DNA of 64,000 bases from Terriglobia bacterium (GTDB lineage: Bacteria > Acidobacteriota > Terriglobia > Bryobacterales > Bryobacteraceae). The notes beneath the pieces were generated by a model that was given only the letters and a program-made list of their open reading frames with translations, was not told the DNA's origin and did no database searches. The first letter of the stretch is position 1, and each line of letters opens with the position of its first letter. The stretch covers positions 489,898 to 553,897 of the forward strand of contig CAVWAJ010000007.1 of the NCBI GenBank assembly GCA_963752965.1, in the 5' to 3' direction. The translations under genes were made by a program, and so were the position numbers. Positions 62,356 through 64,000 of this stretch are shown in pieces.

Positions 62356-64000
62356 CTACGGTACGCTCGCACTCATCGCTGTCGACGTTCCTACGCTGTT
62401 GGTCAGTGTCACGCTCACACTCGTGATCCCGCTGGGACTGCCCGTGACGTTGAATTGCTGCGCGAATGTGAACTGGCTGCCGTACTGCGCCGAAACCGTG
62501 TTGCTGTACCAGGTCGAAAAGAGCTGGCTCGCCGTGATGGTTATCGTTGGAGTCGTGAAGAACCCTGATGCGGCCTGGAAGGTAAACGCAGCGCTGGTCA
62601 TGTCCCGCGTGTTCGAGAATCCCGTCACGTCCACTTCGATCCCACCCGAAGTCGTGCTCGCCGTGACACTCGTGATTACCGGCGCCTGCGGCGCGATCGT
62701 GATCACCTGCGTGGGCGCCGGTTGCGGCGTCACGTCTTGCGTACCGGCTTTGAAGTCAAGCGTGAGAGTGATGGTCCCGGCCACGGTCCCCGTCCCGAGT
62801 GAGATCGTCGCCGTCGGAAACACGGCTGTCGTCTGGCCTTTCGGAATCGTGAAGTTAACCGTGCGTCCGCCCGTCGAAAACTGAATCGCCGGATCGTCCA
62901 CCCCGCCCGCCGCGGGAGCAAACGTCAGAGTGATCGTACCGGTCAGGTCTGTCGGATACGTCTGCGCGAGTTCCACCCCAATCACCGGCTGCTCGTCCGG
63001 CGGCGCGGTGCTGCCCACACCAGTTACGCTCGGCGTGGGTAGGGGTGGCGTGTTGATGGTCAATTGGTACGGCTGAGTCACCGTCACTTGTTTGGAGTCG
63101 GTAACGCTCACCTCAAAACTGAACGTGCCTGCCGCCGTCGGCGTTCCGCTCAGTAGCCCTGCAGAGCTGAGCGTGAGCCCGCCCGGCAATGCCCCCGTAC
63201 CAAGCGCAAACGTGTACCCAACCGCGCCACCCGTGGCCGTGAGCTGCTGGGAATATGCTGTCCCCACCATCCCGGCTGGAAGAGACGCTGGCGAAATCGT
63301 GATCGGCGGCGCTCCAACCACGAGCGTATAGCTCTGGCCGGCCGTATTGCCCGCGCCGTCGGTCGCCGTAATCGTGAACGTGTAAGTGCCCGCCGTCGCC
63401 GGTGTCCCGCTCAGAGCGCCCGACGTACTGAGCGACAGCCCCGGTGGCAGTGATCCTGATGTGATGCTGAAACTGTATGGCGGCGTTGTCGGCGTCACGT
63501 TGATCTGCGCAGAGTACGCCACTCCAACCGCTCCGGGTGTCAACGGCGATGGCGTCGTAATCGAGAAGCCGGTGCCAACCACCAGCGCGAAAGTTCCCGT
63601 TGCGGTGTTTCCGCTTTCGTCGGTCACCGTCACCGTGAATTTGTACGTTCCCCCTTGTGTCGGTGCGCCAGTCATTGATCCATTACTGGCGAGTGTGATC
63701 CCCGGCGGCAGGTTGCCGTCCGTTACTGCCCATTGATACGGCGGGTTCCCCCCGTGCGCCAGCAAGGAAAGCGAGTATCTCGTTCCCACCATGCCGCCTG
63801 GCAATGGCGACGTATTCGTAATCGCCAGGGGGACTGCCGGGTTTACCAGAATGGTGAATGTTTGGGGGCCGGCGGACTGCGGATCCGTGGATGAACTGTC
63901 GCTCACACTCTCTACGAAACTGTAAGTGCCCGCCACCGAGGGAGTGCCGGAAAGTTGCCCGGAACAGGACAGACTCACGCCCGGAGGCAGACTACCGATG
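62356..64000 (-). CDS. Surface protein with tandem putative-Ig (He_PIG/cadherin-like) domains, C-terminal part (N-terminus beyond the right edge)
   Basis: Repeated about 90-aa units carrying LPPGLSLSTSGALSGTPATAGTYTFTITATD-type motifs. The reading frame stays open to position 64000 (LPPGVSLSCSGQLSGTPS), so the track's M at 63978 is an internal GTG Val. A distinct C-terminal about 200-aa domain follows. Confidence 0.8.
   Translation of the reverse strand, partial: IGSLPPGVSLSCSGQLSGTPSVAGTYSFVESVSDSSSTDPQSAGPQTFTILVNPAVPLAITNTSPLPGGMVGTRYSLSLLAHGGNPPYQWAVTDGNLPPGITLASNGSMTGAPTQGGTYKFTVTVTDESGNTATGTFALVVGTGFSITTPSPLTPGAVGVAYSAQINVTPTTPPYSFSITSGSLPPGLSLSTSGALSGTPATAGTYTFTITATDGAGNTAGQSYTLVVGAPPITISPASLPAGMVGTAYSQQLTATGGAVGYTFALGTGALPGGLTLSSAGLLSGTPTAAGTFSFEVSVTDSKQVTVTQPYQLTINTPPLPTPSVTGVGSTAPPDEQPVIGVELAQTYPTDLTGTITLTFAPAAGGVDDPAIQFSTGGRTVNFTIPKGQTTAVFPTATISLGTGTVAGTITLTLDFKAGTQDVTPQPAPTQVITIAPQAPVITSVTASTTSGGIEVDVTGFSNTRDMTSAAFTFQAASGFFTTPTITITASQLFSTWYSNTVSAQYGSQFTFAQQFNVTGSPSGITSVSVTLTNSVGTSTAMSASVP

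Noticed and set aside
1-64000. I looked for CRISPR arrays, tRNA/rRNA genes, transposases, integrases, phage genes, toxin-antitoxin pairs and classical defence modules.
   Set aside because: I found no direct-repeat/spacer arrays, no cloverleaf-compatible sequences in the intergenic gaps, and no DDE, tyrosine-recombinase or nuclease-NTPase motifs in any supported ORF. The window looks like core chromosome rather than an accessory island.

Overview
This is a compact, roughly 90% coding, GC-rich chromosomal segment. Its gene content points to Acidobacteriota: a TonB-dependent receptor with an N-terminal carboxypeptidase-regulatory-like domain, a PEGA-domain Ser/Thr kinase, DUF4252 proteins, a CRTAC1/ASPIC-type protein and many exported TPR proteins. 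No homology search was run, so every family name comes from motifs I read in the supplied translations or in my own translations.

I support about 50 protein genes. The main ones:
- A selenocysteine-containing formate dehydrogenase operon (fdnGHI-fdhE). The two ORF-track pieces of the alpha subunit are one gene joined by an in-frame UGA followed by a SECIS-like hairpin.
- Trehalase plus a GDE-like glycosidase.
- An M16 peptidase, rlmN, and a B12-type radical SAM enzyme.
- A Pit phosphate transporter and polyphosphate kinase.
- An ECF sigma/anti-sigma module.
- A 1656-aa receptor Ser/Thr kinase.
- A GH116 glycosidase operon.
- An LPS inner-core heptose cluster (two GT9 heptosyltransferases and an HldC adenylyltransferase).
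- mfd, and a truncated Ig-repeat surface protein at the right edge.

I found no rRNA, tRNA, CRISPR array, transposase or integrase.

The most interesting observations:
1. At 0.7-11.2 kb, five consecutive exported TPR proteins sit next to a TonB-dependent receptor. Two are fused to c-type heme domains: a 7-heme cytochrome-parvulin-TPR protein, and a cytochrome c fused to a PHM/DBH-like copper monooxygenase with every copper ligand in place.
2. At 34.49-35.0 kb, a 511-bp ORF-poor gap carries a sigma70-like promoter and two structured modules ending in U-tracts on the minus strand. This is a candidate ncRNA or leader that I could not assign to any known family.
3. A 71-aa protein that is 30% histidine has its own SD and terminator just upstream of ppk.
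4. A degenerate HldC-like protein lacking the HxGH motif is embedded between the two heptosyltransferase genes.
5. An ECF sigma operon pairs an apparently soluble zf-HC2 anti-sigma with a translationally coupled 8-TM protein.

The many long ORFs antisense to these genes are treated as GC-rich mirror artefacts.
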